Assembly (NCBI GenBank): GCA_024679065.1
Contig: JAGIQG010000023.1
Location: 15,996,001 to 16,060,000, forward strand
Origin: Sphyrna mokarran
Lineage: Eukaryota
Length of the DNA: 64,000 nt
Direction of reading: 5' to 3'
Made by a program: the position numbers and the translations under genes. The notes under the pieces were generated by a model, which was given only the letters and a program-made list of their open reading frames with translations, was not told the origin of the DNA and searched no databases. Position 1 is the stretch's first letter. Each line of letters starts with the position of its first letter. Of this stretch, positions 25,404-39,044 are shown one piece after another.

Positions 25404-27129
25404 GCAGAGGACTGTTCTAAATGGTGAGGCTCCATCTTTTATTCTCCCTCCGTTGGTTTTCTTCGCGTATGGTTGGAAAATTGTTTTGTGGTACATTGTT
25501 AAAGAAGGGAAGTATGCAATTTGCTAAAATTATAGAGATATAAACATAGTGAGTTTGATGTAGAGGGATCACATTACGTTTGTTAAACTGGAATAGCGAA
25601 AGCCAACCACAGAGATTTTTGAGTTCTCAGTATTCCAGTAACATACTGAGAAGAACCTCTTTGCATAGAAGGCTGGAAATTTTCTAATGTTGGGGATTAA
25701 CTGTAGTAGAGAAAAATGATTTTCCAAATTTAGTATCCAAATTTACTATCATTTAGATGTGTAAAATTAAAACTGATGAGTGTTCATTATGTGTCAAGTA
25801 AGTGCAGGTCAGACATTACATAGTTTGCAGTGTCAACATAATGTTTTAACCGCAATGTCAATTGACCAATACATTTGGGTGACAACTATATTTCTCAAAT
25901 GTGCCGTACACGGTGTTCACAAACTGTGCAATTGGTGAATTGGGTTGAAACTTGCAAAACTGATTTGTTTGTCTTCCTTCCCCATGGTTTGTAATGGATC
26001 CTAAAGATCTGGACTGATTTTGTACCCAGCACAGGCAGACGCAACAAAAGCATTGGAAAGGATTTGATATTTCAATAGGAAATTCCACTTCAACTCCAAT
26101 GAGTTGCTTGTTTTTAGTGGATGTCTGCCCAGGGATATCAATATCAGACCTCAACCGTCATATGTACAATACCTTTCCAATTGTGTACAATAATGCTTCT
26201 GGTAATTTTAATGAAACTGTTTGCTGTGGTTTTGTAATAAAGATGGTGACTTGTATGTAAGTAGTTGGTAAACTGCATGTTTAAAAACACACAAACCTTG
26301 AATAAAGTTTTAGGGGCACTGTCTTCATGGGGGGAGAGGTGCCAGAGGTTATATGCTGCATTTTCTTTTCATTACAAAAATTGTGATGCCACATTTTGTG
26401 ACTGATGTGTCAAATCATGGCAAAACGGCAGTACTCGAGCTTCTTGGAAACAAAACTTTTTGTGAAGAGAATGCCCCTGTTTAATAAAATCTTCACTTCA
26501 TAAAATCACATCCTGCGTGGAGTCCAAAAAATCATTCCATGTGGATGATCTCACTGCATTACTGTTATTAATTGGAACGTTTCTCTGACTTCTCTTTTGA
26601 ACCTGTAAATGCCAGTTTCTCATTTCATAAAAATGCCATTTCTTAACTAAGTGCAATGTTTATTATGCCATTACTTTTAAAGCGATGTGTGGCTGTTGGA
26701 ATTATTGGCTGTTTGGGGGAAAATAGTGGTTTAATTGAAATTCTGTTCCAAAGATGGATGAGATCTATAATACGTTTCCCCTGTCAATGTTTAATGTTCC
26801 CCAAACAATTTACTGAATGATAAACACAGTATGAAGGATTGTGGTGCCGGCTGCGATATCTTTTTGTTGGTGACATTGAAATAAGGTTGTGAGGTAATAG
26901 TCTGCAAATACTTGATAGGATCATTTGAAATTGTTTGTAAATAGGTGAACTGATCTATTTAAACATCTGTGTTTAAAATAGTAGCAAGTTGTTTTTTGGT
27001 GATGCATTTGTGCTAACTATGCACAATATAATTTAAAGACCATCTGGTCTTTGGAGCTATGAACTGTACTGGAATCTCAACTTTCCATCATAAAGGACTT
27101 CTTCAATAAAGCATTAGGAAGATGTATAT

Positions 27130-27880
27130 CTAAGTTTGCAAGTGAATTCAATTGGGAGGCAACACAAGGTTGTATAGATGGGAGCGGAATTTACAAAGGA
27201 GAATAGACCGACCAAGCTTGTAAGGAAACAGTGGGAGCTGCGTTCAATGTAGGGAAATTTGAGGTCACCCATTTTGCAAACAAAGACTAATTTATTTCTT
27301 CTTGTTGCGAGATTAACTGTGGAAAAACAGAATGGATATGCAGGTGAATCGCAGAAAGCTGAAACGGAGGTAGAAAAAGCATTCATAAATGTAATTAGAA
27401 TGTTGGCCTTTATTTCAAAAGTGAGGAAGTGATGTTTCAATTGCATAGATCCTTGAATGTTGACTGGAATATTGCATTCAGCTTTAGCCACCAAACCTTG
27501 GGAAAGATCATATTAGCCTTAAACATGTACGTTCTTGATTGCAATAATGTAACTGGTTTTAAAGTGCTAAATTCTGAAGACAGGTTACATAAGTTTGGCC
27601 TTCTGGTCGGGACATGTTCAGATTGGGGTAAGAGATTTGGTACAGCAGACTGAGAAACTTTCTCCTGGTAAGGGAAAAGTTAGAATTAGGTCATTCTGGA
27701 GTCAAAACATGGAGCATGTTTTCAATCAGAAGCCAGTAGATATCTGAAACTCTTTCTGTCAAAAGGCTGAATGCTGGTTCAATTGAAAATTCTGTTCGAT
27801 AGTGATATTAACAGTAAATGGGATTGATGTACAGATTAGCCGTGATCTGAATGTTTGAACTGAGTTTGAGGATCTGCTGC
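27130..27880 (+). mobile_element. Highly degraded CR1 3' region
   Basis: Remnants of WQM.FN, LAFI, LEYC and a CR1 3' UTR. Confidence 0.6.
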
Positions 27881-28842
27881 TATCTGTAACAACCTGGGTC
27901 AGGCTGCTATTTTTTGTTGAAATAGATTAATCCAACAAGGCTCAGTGAACCGATAGGAATTAATACAAGGACAGAACTGGCTCCTCTTCTCATTTTCTCT
28001 CTCTTTTTCCCGCTTCTACTCATTCTCCAGTGCTTATTTTGATAAATACAGTTTCTTTTTCTTTATTGCAGCACTCCCAAACTCTGATGCATCAGGTCAT
28101 TCCGAAGTAGAGGAACGGAATAACTTTTTAAGAGCTTTGTATTATGACTCACTGCTTAGATAGAAGCTTAGAAATAATGTAGTGATTCTTGATATTTTAT
28201 GCCACGTGACTGAGCCATTTGCGTTGGTTGCTATACCTTGATATTAGTGTTTTAGAGCCCCATAGTCATAGAGTCAGATACAGAATACAGCACCTCACAT
28301 GTTTCAGGATTCCATTTGCCACTGTTCTGTCCGTCTGACCAGCCCATCTATATTCCTGTAATCTAAGGCTTTCCTCCTTGCTATTTATCACACCATCCAT
28401 TTTCATGTGAAGTTACTGCCACCATCTGTGTCTCAATCTTCTGTATGTAAGAAGACCCACAAAGTTATGACATAAATGACCGAGGAGTGTTTGTCAGGAT
28501 GGTGAAGGATAAGAGAGTTCCCTCATTTGTCTTGGCTATCTGATGACATTATGAACCAGTTAGCAATGGGGTTTTGAGCGAATGGGCTCTGAATTGCTGT
28601 GATGGTGCATTTGTGGTGAGCAGTAGTAAATGGACTTTCATGTTCGCCATTGACTGCATGATCTTCCCTCAAATTCCTGGAATATCTCCGTGATAATTGC
28701 AAAGTGGCTTGAGTGTTGCATCTGAGATCTCAACCATTGTGCTCAATGGCTTTTCTCTTTAATCAGTAGAAGAAAATAATATCAAAGAAAATCATGCAAA
28801 GGACAAATAAATTCAAGTCACTTGAAACGTAGAGTACTGGGC

Positions 28843-28985
28843 GTTTCAAGTCCAGGTGACCCTTTGTCAAAGCTGGAGCTTTTGACAAAGGGTCATCGGG
28901 ACTCGAAACAGCAGCTTTTTTATCTCCTTATAGATGCTGCCAGACCTGCTGAGATTTTCCAGTGTTTTTTCTTTTGGATTCAGAA
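28843..28985. mobile_element. Penelope-like family 1 fold-back with decayed hammerhead cores
   Basis: GTTTCAAGTCCAGGTGACCCTTTGTCAAAGCT-gg-AGCTTTTGACAAAGGGTCATCGGGACTCGAAAC (28843-28909), then the family-1 body. Confidence 0.78.
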
Positions 28986-29574
28986 GACTTTGAAATCCAG
29001 TCATGTACGCAAGTTGCTGCATTTATCCTTGAGAAGTTGATAATGAATGACGGGGTTGGTGTGTGAAAAGTACAAACATTCTTGATTGATGTGGGTTAGT
29101 GACAGTAGACCTGACCATTGTGATCAGGAACACTCTGGGTGTATCATTGCGTTACTATGATAGGAATTGTTAGAACAAAAAAGCCTAGAGTTGTCCTTAT
29201 TCCTTTTTGCTATCGTCCTGGAAACCCCATTAGTGCAAACCAAGCAGAACTTTTGGTTAATCACAGCATTAATCTCTTATCTACAACAGACATGAGGGAA
29301 ACCCCAGTCGTGAAGAACTTTTGGAACCATATGTTCAAAGTGAGCATCCTCTTCTTAAACATTGCCCACGCTTAACCACATCTCATATCTCATAACGTGT
29401 ATAAAGTATTTCAAACGAAATGTTATTTTGTCAAACAATTTACCTAATTTACATTTGAATGAGTAACCCTTAACGACAGGTTTTGTATTCTTATCCAGCG
29501 ATGCCAACAGCAGTGTAGATGATAAGACTATAGGTGCGGTGTCATTTATCCAAAATCATTAGTACCAATTGCAG

Positions 29575-29870
29575 TCATAGAATGCAGTCATAGAATCCAT
29601 CTGGCCCACTGAGTCTACACCAACCACAATCCCACCCAGCCCATGCATTTACTCCAGCTAGTCCCCCTAAGATACGGAGGGTCAATTTGGTATGGCCAAT
29701 CCACCTAACCCGCACATCTTTAGACTGTGGGAGGAAACTGGAGCCCCTGGAGGAAACCTGCACAGACATGGGGAGAATGCGCAGAGTCTGCGTAGACAGT
29801 GACCCGGGCTGGGAATCGAACCTGGGTCCATGGTGCTGTGAGGCAGCAGTGTTAATGACTGTGCCACCCT
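29575..29870 (-). mobile_element. HE1 V-SINE (tail A)
   Basis: Reverse HE1 consensus. Confidence 0.9.
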
Positions 29871-30067
29871 TGTGTTTTGGATTTTGGAAAATATTGGTGT
29901 TTGGATATTGCATCTAATCTTCCATTACAATAACTTATAGCTAGGCCAGCTATAGCATAAATAAAATGGCTCAAAGAATACGATGTATCACTGAATAATA
30001 AATGCAGGACACCTGTCTTAATATTTCTTTTTGCCACGTTCACAAAAATTGCAAGGTAAACAGTGTA

Positions 30068-30372
30068 TCATAGAAACCCTACAGTGCAGAAAGAGGCCAT
30101 TTGGCCCGTTGAGTCTGCACTGTCTACAATCCCACCCAGGCCCTATCCCCATACCCCGACACATTTACCCGCTAATCTCTCTAACCTAAGCATCTCAGAA
30201 CAGTTTTAGCATGGCCAATCAACCTAACCTGCACATCTTTGGACTGTGGGAGGAAACCCACACAGACACAAGGAGAATGTGCAAACACCACACAGATGGT
30301 GACCCACACTGGGAATCGATCCCAGGTTCTTGGAGCTGTGAAGCTGCTAACCACTGTTCTACTATGCCGCCC
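30068..30372 (-). mobile_element. HE1 V-SINE (tail A)
   Basis: Reverse HE1 consensus. Confidence 0.9.
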
Positions 30373-31413
30373 CATGTAGGAAAACAACTAGACATCCCAT
30401 GCTAAAGGTTGATGAGGTTCTAATTTTAAAAAAGTGCAGTTTGTGGGTCTGTTCGATTTACAGATGAAGGGTACTTGACCTGAATTACACAGATTCCACT
30501 GAAACAGAACGTGATTGAAAAGGCATCGGGAACAATTTACTACCTGCTGGAGTGAGCTTCTTCATTAGTGCTTTTATAAGCCTCCAAGGTTGAATGACAG
30601 GTCAGGACCATACATCATATCATTAACAGTGTGTGACATTAATTACCAGCTTTAAATGGCCGCTGGTAATTTAATTGGTGATTAATTGGTGATAACGCCA
30701 CAAAACCAGCCACTTCTCAATTGTTATCAAGTCCATAGGGGAGCTTCACGGGGCGAAAGGATCTTAAAAAAAAAAATCAGCTTTTTTGGAGAGGCTAATA
30801 GCAGAGCAATGCAAATTGTCCAGAAGTTGGCAGGAAATGTCAACCTGTGGCTTAACCTTTTCCTGGTTAATAATGGGCAGTGTTATTAAATTTGTTGAAT
30901 TTAAATTATCATCACTGTTCAGCGGTTCCTGGCTCACTGTCTCAACCAATACCCAGATCTTACAGCAATCCAGCATTCTCAGTTCTGCACTGGTGCAGGG
31001 CACCTTGCTAATGTGCTCAGGTCGAGTGTGTGGCTTGAGCCCAGAACCTTTATTCTGCCTCGGTTATGATGGCATTGCCAACTAAGCCACATTGAAACTT
31101 GTGAGAATTTAAAATTTTTCTTTGTTTAAAACAAGATTGCTCAATCAGGCATGCAAATCAGTAATAACATTTCACATCTTCTGCCGCCTTCTTTCTCGCA
31201 GGAAGTGTGTTGCTTTTGTGTGCACAGTGTGTGTAGATTCCTAGAATTCTAGAGTACGTTTTGCTGACCATTTCAAAGAATAACTGCCCTGCTCACGTCA
31301 GCCATTAATTGCTTACTGTAGCCATCCACCCTCATTCGGGGAGACCCAAACTGGTTTCATTGAAGCCAGTCTGCCATTAATATGTAGATTTTGCTTATTG
31401 TGAGTCAGTGGGA

Positions 31414-31706
31414 TCATAAAATCCCTACAGTGTAAAAGGGGACCATTTGGTCCATTGAGTCAGCACCAACTACAATCCCGTACAGCCCCAATCCCTGTAG
31501 CCTCACACATTTACCCTGCTAGCTCCCTGATACCAAGTGGCAATTAATCTGATTGGAGTGTGGGAGGAAACCAGAGCATCCGAAGGAAACCCACACAGAT
31601 ATAGGGAGAATGTGCAAGCTCCACATAGACAGTAACCCAAGCTGGAATTCGGACCTGAGTCCCAGGCACTGTGAGCCAGCAGGGAAACCACTGTGCCACC
31701 ATGCCA
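31414..31706 (-). mobile_element. HE1 V-SINE (tail A)
   Basis: Reverse HE1 consensus. Confidence 0.88.
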
Positions 31707-31879
31707 TCCTAATTGGATTTTGTGAACCAGCGAAATAATTACTGTTTATGTCGACCCTGCATGGGGGATCCATCTATGCGGCTCTGTGAGGAAGGATTAT
31801 TCTGCTCAGCTCCTTCTCTTTTCCTTCAAGTTTAAACCCAGCTCAGGAACATTCTTCTCCAGTTCCTGATTTATGTTTT

Positions 31880-32205
31880 TATTTATTAAATCATGGGATG
31901 TGGGTGTCACTGGCCAGCATTTGTTGTCCATTTCTGAGGACATTTAAGAGTCAGTCATGTTGCTATGAATCTGGAGTTGCATGTAGGCCAGACCAGGTAA
32001 GGTTGGCCAATTTCCTTCCCTGAAAGGCATCAATGAATGAGATAGGTTTTTAGAATGATTAACAATGGTTTTATTAGGCTTTATTATCATTAGGCTTTTA
32101 ATTCCAATTAAAAAAACAATTGAATTCAAATGTTACCATTTGCCATGGTTGGACCCATGGCTGGGCCTCTGCATTACTAGTCCAGTGATGATACCATACA
32201 CCATG
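31880..32205 (-). mobile_element. Second SINE family (non-HE1), copy 1
   Basis: Homologous to 32430-32775 (TAAGAGTCA..CTGGAGT..ATGTAGGCCAGACCAGG..ATTTCCTTCCCT..TTGAATTCAAAT). The tail is shared with the LINE at 43185. Confidence 0.75.
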
Positions 32206-32429
32206 GCTGTATTCCAGCGTTTATATAGAAGAGTAATTTCATTAGTAGGAGAAAGGGATGCTGAGTGTCTGCTGGCCCTTGGAATGCTTGCACTGTTTCT
32301 TCCTTCTCTTCAACAGTTTGGAGAGCATTAATGGGTGAAGTCCACTTGAAAGTTGAGCCAAGAGAGAAGTGTGGGGCAGGCTATACTGATGTCAGTTTGT
32401 TTTCTTTCTTCATCAGTGTGATGTAGCAG

Positions 32430-32775
32430 TTAGTAGCAAGGCCACCATTTGCTTGCCCATCTCTAATCACCCTTGAATTGAATGGCTTGCTTGGCCACTT
32501 GCAGAGGGCAGTTAAGAATCAATCACACTACATGTATCTGGAGTCACGTGTAGGCCAGACCAGGCACTGGTGGCCGATTTCCTTCCCTAAAGGACATGAG
32601 TGAACCAGATGGGTTTTTGAGGTAATCAACGGTAGTTTTAGAGTCACCAAAACGGAGACTAGCTTTATCTTCCAGTTTATTGAATTCAAATTCTGCCAAA
32701 ACTCATGTTTTCCAGTGTGTTAGCCTGGGTCTCTGGATGACTAGCCCATTGGTAATACTACTATTCATGGTCTTC
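32430..32775 (-). mobile_element. Second SINE family (non-HE1), copy 2
   Basis: Same family as 31880-32205. Confidence 0.75.
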
Positions 32776-33964
32776 CCCTTAACTGTGTAATTGCTTACAG
32801 AGCAATCCAGCTTCACACTGGTGGGAACTCTTAAATTTGGAAAAAAAAATCAGATTTTCATTCGTTTTTATCTTCACTTGGGCAATGGGAATTGAACCTC
32901 CGATTTTTTTTTTTGAATAAAGAAAATACCCACTTGAGCCCTTGTTGCTTTGGGTAAAGTACAGGCCGAAGCAAGATTGCTGGCAAATAGCTCCTGCAAT
33001 CAAACTTTTTCTGCCTGTCTGAGATTCTCTTTTATTACTGATGTGTCAACCCAGCTCAGTGGAAGATGAGAAAGGCAGATATCCAACCCCAGAGGAAAGC
33101 AGTTGAAGATGTGTTAGATGAGGGATTATTTTTTGTGGAAGACTCGCAGGGCAGGTACAATAAGGGCAGCGGAACTGTGTTGAGGAGATCTTGGAGTAAG
33201 GTTACTAACTCTCCAGATGTGTCTTGGGGTTTCCAGAAATTAATAATTAATCATTCTATTTTTAGTTTTTTTGAATACTTTTGTTTAAGGGGGGAAAAGA
33301 CTGTTCATCCAATTAAGCAGCAATGAGTTTTAGTCGGTTTGCTGTCTGTGGGAATACTTCAATGCGATTGGCTGGTTGTCCAATTAGCCTGGGAGGGTAG
33401 TGCACCACAATGATTAAAATGTTGGGTAATCCAGCACTTGAACAGGTTGGGGCAGTTGGAGACAGGAGATGTTGATGCCATCCATGACAGGAGTGAGTTT
33501 TTAATCTGTGTTTTCATAATTTCCCCAACAGAGTGTGGCTGAGAACTAAAATCGCTGCTGTCCTAATATTGGTTACATCATCACAATCCCCAAAAACCTC
33601 TTGATACTGGTGTATACTAAATATGTTATTAAACTTGTAAGTGTCTAATCATTTTAATAGCAAGTCATCGCTTTATTGTTACCAAAGCAGTAGTTTAAGA
33701 CCTAAGGTTAATTGGCCTGAATTTTGTGGGCAGTGTTTGATTAGTGGCTCTGCATTTATCTCCGTGAAAGCAGAGTCCACGTTTTCCAATCACCATTTAA
33801 ATCTCGTAACGAGTTAAGAGCATTTCCAGGCATGCAATGGCAGTGATGGCAGCTGATGGGGAAGCAGCCAATCACAGTGAAGTATTCTGACAGACAGCAA
33901 ATCACTTAAAAGCACCGAGTCTCTTCACTTGCTACTAGAATATTTTTTAAAATTGAAAGTAATG

Positions 33965-35551
33965 TCTTGCGCATTGTGTACATCACAGAGAAGGAAGTGC
34001 TGGAAGTCTTAAAGTACATCAAGGTAAATAAATCCCTGGGACCTGATGAAGTGTATCCCAGGACATTGTGGGAGGCTAGGAAGGAAATTGCTGGTTCCCT
34101 AGCTGAGATATTTGAAATATCGATAATCACAAGCGAGGTGCCTAAAGATTGAAGGGTGGCAAATGTTGTGCCTTTGTTTAAAAAGGGCAGTAGGAAAAGC
34201 CTGGAAACTATAGGCCAATGAGCCTCACATCTGTGGTAGGTAAGTTATTGGAAGGTATTTTGAGAGACAGGATCTACAGCCATTTAGAGATGCAATGACT
34301 GATTAAGGACAGTCAGCATGGCTTTGTGAGTGGAAAATCATATCTCCAATTTGATTGAGTCCTTTGAAGGATAACCAAGAAAGTAGATGAGGGCAGTACA
34401 GTTGATGTTGTCTACGTGGACTTTAGCAAGGCCTTTGACAAGGTACCGCATGGTTCTTTGTTGCATAAGATTAAATATCAGGATGAGATATCTAAATGGA
34501 AAGAAAATGACAGAAGCCAGAGGGTGTTGCAAAGGGTTGTTTTTCAAATTGGAGGCCTGTGACCAGCGGTGTGCCTTAGAGATCGGTGCTGGGTCCACTC
34601 TTATTTGTCATTTATATTAATGATTTGGATGAGAATATAGGAGGCGTGGTTAGTAAGTTTGTATGCAGATGACAAGATTGGTGGCATAGTGGACAGTGAG
34701 GAAAATTATCTCCGATTGCAATGGGATGTTGAACAGTTGGGCCAGTGGGCTGATGAATGGCAGATAGAATTTAATTTAAATAAATGTGGGGTGATGCATT
34801 TTGGTAGATTGAACCAGGACAGGACTTACTCCGTTAATGGTAGAGCACTCAGGAGGGTTACAGAGCAAAGAGATCTAGGGATACATGTTCATAGCTCCTT
34901 GAAAGTGGAGTTACTTGCGGACAGAGCAATGAAGAAGGCATTTGGCATGCTTGGTTTCACCAGTCGGAACACTGAATACAGGAGTTGGGACGTCTTGTTG
35001 AAGTTGGACAAGACAATGGTAAGGCCGTACTTGGAATACTGTGTGCAGTTCTGGTCATCCTATTATAGAAGGGATATTATTAAACTAGAAAGAGTGCAGA
35101 AAAGATTTACTAGGATGTTATTGGGACTTGACAGTTCGGGTTATAAGGAGAGGCTGGATAGACTGCGACATTTTTCTTTGGAGCATAGGAGGCTGAGGGT
35201 GATCTTATAGAGGACTATAAATTAATGAGGGGCACAGATCAGCTAGATAGTCAATATATTTTCCCAAAGGTAGGGGGAGTCTAAAACTAGAGGGCAAAAG
35301 TTTAAGGTGAGATGGTGGAGATACAAAAGTGTTCAGAGGGGCAATTTTTTCACACGGAGTGATGAAAGTCTGGAATAAGTTGCCAGAGGTAGTAGAGCAT
35401 TTAGACAGTTACGTGGGCAAAACAGGTATAGAGGGACGTGGGCCACATGTGGGCAATAGGGATTAGCTTAGGGGTTTAAATAAAAAGGCCAGCATGGACA
35501 AGTTGGGCTGAAGGGCCTGTTTCCATGCTGTAAACCTCTATGACTATGACT
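33965..35551 (+). mobile_element. CR1 LINE, 3' 1.6 kb (frameshifted)
   Basis: KSLGPDEVYPRTL, YADDKIGG, WADEWQIEFN, VRPYLEYCVQFWS; tail GGGCTGAAGGGCCTGTTTCC..CTCTATGACTATGACT. Confidence 0.93.
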
Positions 35552-35647
35552 CGAAGTGATTATGATGAAAGAACTTTTGAAAAATGTTTTAAAAGTAGAA
35601 TTCTTTAATCAAGAAATTTGCCATTCAGCTACTTTAAAAATAAAGAT

Positions 35648-35760
35648 GATGTGAAGATACGCATTGGACTGAGGTGTGCACAGTAAGAAGTGCCACACCA
35701 TCAGATTAAACAGGTTTATTTGTGTCACAAGTTTTCACAGCACTGCTCCTTCATCAGATG
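35648..35760 (-). mobile_element. Penelope-like family 2 copy with hammerhead core
   Basis: Minus strand CTGATGA-A-GGAGCAGTGCTGT-GAAA (stem II damaged), then AATAAACCTGTT...CTTCTTACTGTG. Confidence 0.7.
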
Positions 35761-36129
35761 AAGATGTTTAAACATAAAAGACATTTAAAAATAAAGTTTC
35801 AGGATCAGGTGAGGGTGTTTAGCAGTAATTAATTTACAGGATGAAATCTTTAATGGTTTTATAGCAGGGCTTATTGGATGGGAAAAGACTGTTTTCCTTG
35901 GTTGGGAAAATGGAGTTATCAAATCAATCGTGATCTCAATAAATGGCAGAGCAGACTTGATGGGTAGAATGGCCTACTTCTCTCCTATGTCTAATATATA
36001 GCCTAAAGTGGCAGTTCATTCATTCAGCAGGTTGCCCTTGATTACAGCATGGGGATGGGGGCCGAGGAGGCAGAGTTGGGGGGGCCTTCAACAGAACTTT
36101 TAGCGAGTTTTAGATCTGTGTTATTCTGC

Positions 36130-36398
36130 ACAATGGTTAGCACTGCTGCCTTACAATGCCTGGAACCCAGGTTCGATTCTTGGCTTGGGTTACTGTCTGT
36201 GCAGAGTTTGCATGTTCTCCCTGTATCTGTGTGGGTTTCCTCTGGTTTCCTCTCACAGCCTGAAAGACGTGCTGGTTAGATGCACTGTCCATGCTAAATT
36301 CTCCCTCAGTGTACCTGAACAGACACTGGAGTTTAGCCACTAGGGGATTTTCATAGTAACTTCTTTGCAGTGTTCATATAAACTTTCTTGTGACAAAT
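36130..36398 (+). mobile_element. HE1 V-SINE (tail B)
   Basis: Head and V-domain plus CTCCCTCAGTGTACCTGAAC..CTAGGGGATTTTCATAGTAAC..CTTGTGACAAATA. Confidence 0.88.
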
Positions 36399-37249
36399 AC
36401 ACAGAAATTGTGTGGACTCCCGAAGGGATTGTCACTATTGTTTCTTCACTATGAAGTGATGAGTAAATACACTGGCTAGTGTAGTGCTTAATCATAACAG
36501 ACCAGCTAAATCCAGGGTTCAGTCCTTGTTGGCTGCAAATTAATGAATGTTGAGTAAGGTCATAGTGGAGAAACTATGGGTGATCTTGATGCCCTTAGTG
36601 TCCTGGAGAGTGGAGTGAAGTGGGGTGGGGATGGGGTTTGGGAGATCTGCTCTGGATGTTGATTGCTCTTGGAATAGAAGCTCTTGAGTTTAATTGTGAT
36701 TCCATCCTGGCGAAATTGAAGCTTGTGCATGCAGTATTGACCAGTTGGCCGAAAGAAAAGAATTGAAGTAGCCTCAAAGTGGCAAACTGCTTATAGCCTT
36801 GGGGCCGATTTGCATGTCTGAACATGCCTTGGCCTTCAGATGAAATGATATAAAGCCCTTGAAAGTAATACTGTGACAAAAGAGGTAAACCACGAGAGCC
36901 TGGACCAAGACTGTGAAAAACAATTAAGTAGGTCATATCAAAAAAAAATAAGCAAGTTTGTGAAGACCAATTAAACCAAAGTGAGTAACCTCAGGGATTA
37001 TCCTGCAATGAATCAGGTGTGTGTGCATGTGCGCGCGTGCCGCACTTTCATCTGAATTACCCAGTGTGCTGCTGGGATCTGCTGCAACTTAACTGACCCA
37101 TCAGTCACGAAAATGTTTCTGCAGAAACACCAAGCTCTTTCCTTTGGAAACGCTTTGAAAAGATAAGGCTGCGGTTGTAATTCAAGTAAATGCTAAAAAT
37201 GTCACAATTGTTTTTCACAATGACAAACTTAGGCCTGTAATATCATAGT

Positions 37250-37522
37250 CTTAGAATCACTACAATGTAGAAGGAGACCGTTTGGCCCATTGAGCCTGCA
37301 CCGATAACAATCCCAGGCCAGCCCTATCCCCTATGTGTTAACCCTGCTGATCCCCCTAGTACTAAGGGGCAGTTTACAATGGCCAATCCACCTAACCTGC
37401 ACACCTTTGGAGTGTGGGAGGAAACCCACGCAGAACGTGCAAGCTTCACATGGACAGTGACCCGAGGCTGGAATTAAACCTGGCTCCATGGTGTTGTGAA
37501 GCAGCAGTGCTAACCACTACAC
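37250..37522 (-). mobile_element. HE1 V-SINE (tail A)
   Basis: Reverse HE1 consensus with an internal deletion. Confidence 0.86.
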
Positions 37523-37982
37523 CAGGGAACTGGCACAAATCCAGTTTATCATTGATCAGCTGTAGTATTGACATGCTGTACTTGATTGAAGTCATTAGGT
37601 TACATTTTAGCTTCATTTGAAGCAATTTTTGCATCTCAGCCGTTTGGCTAAGATGCAAATGGGATCAAACCTCGGAGAGGGAGCTATGCCTACTCCAATC
37701 ACTTGGATCATGTAGATTAAGCTCAAGACAGGAGGTGACTGCCCTTTCTTGTCAGCTTGGATTGGGAATGTCTCAACTTGTTGGGACTCTGAATTGGACT
37801 TTGATTGAACTGGAATAAAAATAAAAAAAATCCAGTTTGACATTGGGAGGAATTGCTCTCACTCAGTGTCTACCTCGATTATGATTTGGTGAAATGCTTA
37901 AAGAAATGCTCCCCAGGAAGAATGACCTGTAAGCACTGGTACGAAAAGATAATACATACAAGACACGTACATACAAAGATAA

Positions 37983-38175
37983 TACCCACAAGCTTTCGGA
38001 AACGCTGTTCCTTCGTCAGATATGTGGAAAGTTCTGAACTTTTCACACACCTGACAAAGAAACAGCGTTTCCGAAAGCTTGTGGGTTTACTATCAACTCG
38101 TTGGATTTTAACCCGGTGTTGTGAGACTTCTTACTGTGTTTATCCCAGTCCAACACTGGCATCTCCAGATCACAA
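37983..38175. mobile_element. Penelope-like family 2 fold-back with a hammerhead motif on each strand
   Basis: Palindrome 37984-38086 centred on 38035 (51-bp arms, about 5 non-Watson-Crick positions). Minus-strand core CTGACGA-A-GGAA cagcgt TTCC-GAAAGCTT. Candidate TSD AAAGATAA at 37975-37982 and 38176-38183. Confidence 0.82.
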
Positions 38176-39044
38176 AAAGATAAGCCATGCATTGTGTTTG
38201 CATGTGATCTCCCCTGAGCCAAAGCAAAGCTGTAATGAGTTTGCTGTAATTTGTGTTCATTTGAATTTATGAGCAATGCCAGTTTAAGGTTCTTGGGATT
38301 AAATTGAAGGATCAGTAATTTGGAGTTGATCCCTTCTGAACATTAGACTTCCTAAATCTGGGACAAGATCATTTACGATGAAAGCTTCCTTTCTGTCCTT
38401 TGTCCTTATTTGAGGCTCTGATGTTGTTTCTTTGGGTAATTCTAACCCTAATACAGCCTGAAACGACTGAGATTTCCCTGTGTGTTGGGTTAATCATTGA
38501 TTGTGTTACTTGGTGTCGGCAAGGGGGAAGAACACTTTCACTTTCAGCCCCGGTATTTGGTGCCCTCAGCGAATGAATGCTAAATGTGAATACTTCCTGC
38601 ATCATTCTTTGCTCGCAACTCCAGAATGAAGGCAGAACATTATATTCCGTGGTCTCAGGGTGGGAGTCTTTTGGAGTTAACCATTCATTGTACTAGTGAT
38701 ATCTCTGCTTTCCTTTCGCTGGGAAATGTTGAACAGCACCAAGAAAAGTAACATTGCAAGTTTAAGATCAGTGGAATTATGCCGCACAGCCTCTCGTTGA
38801 TTGACTCTTTGAAAGGAAAACTATCCAATTTGTCCCACAGCTCTGCAGTTTGTTTTTGCGTGTATATACCCAGTATCCCTTTGAGTGTTACTATAGTGTC
38901 TGCTTCTCTTGTGCATTCTAGGCTGGAATAACTTGCTGTGTTTTTTTAAAAAACAAATCTGTTCTGTGGTTCTTTTTATCGATCATTTTATGTTTATGTC
39001 CTCCAGTTACCAACTGTCTCACCATTTATTTATTGCATCAAAAC

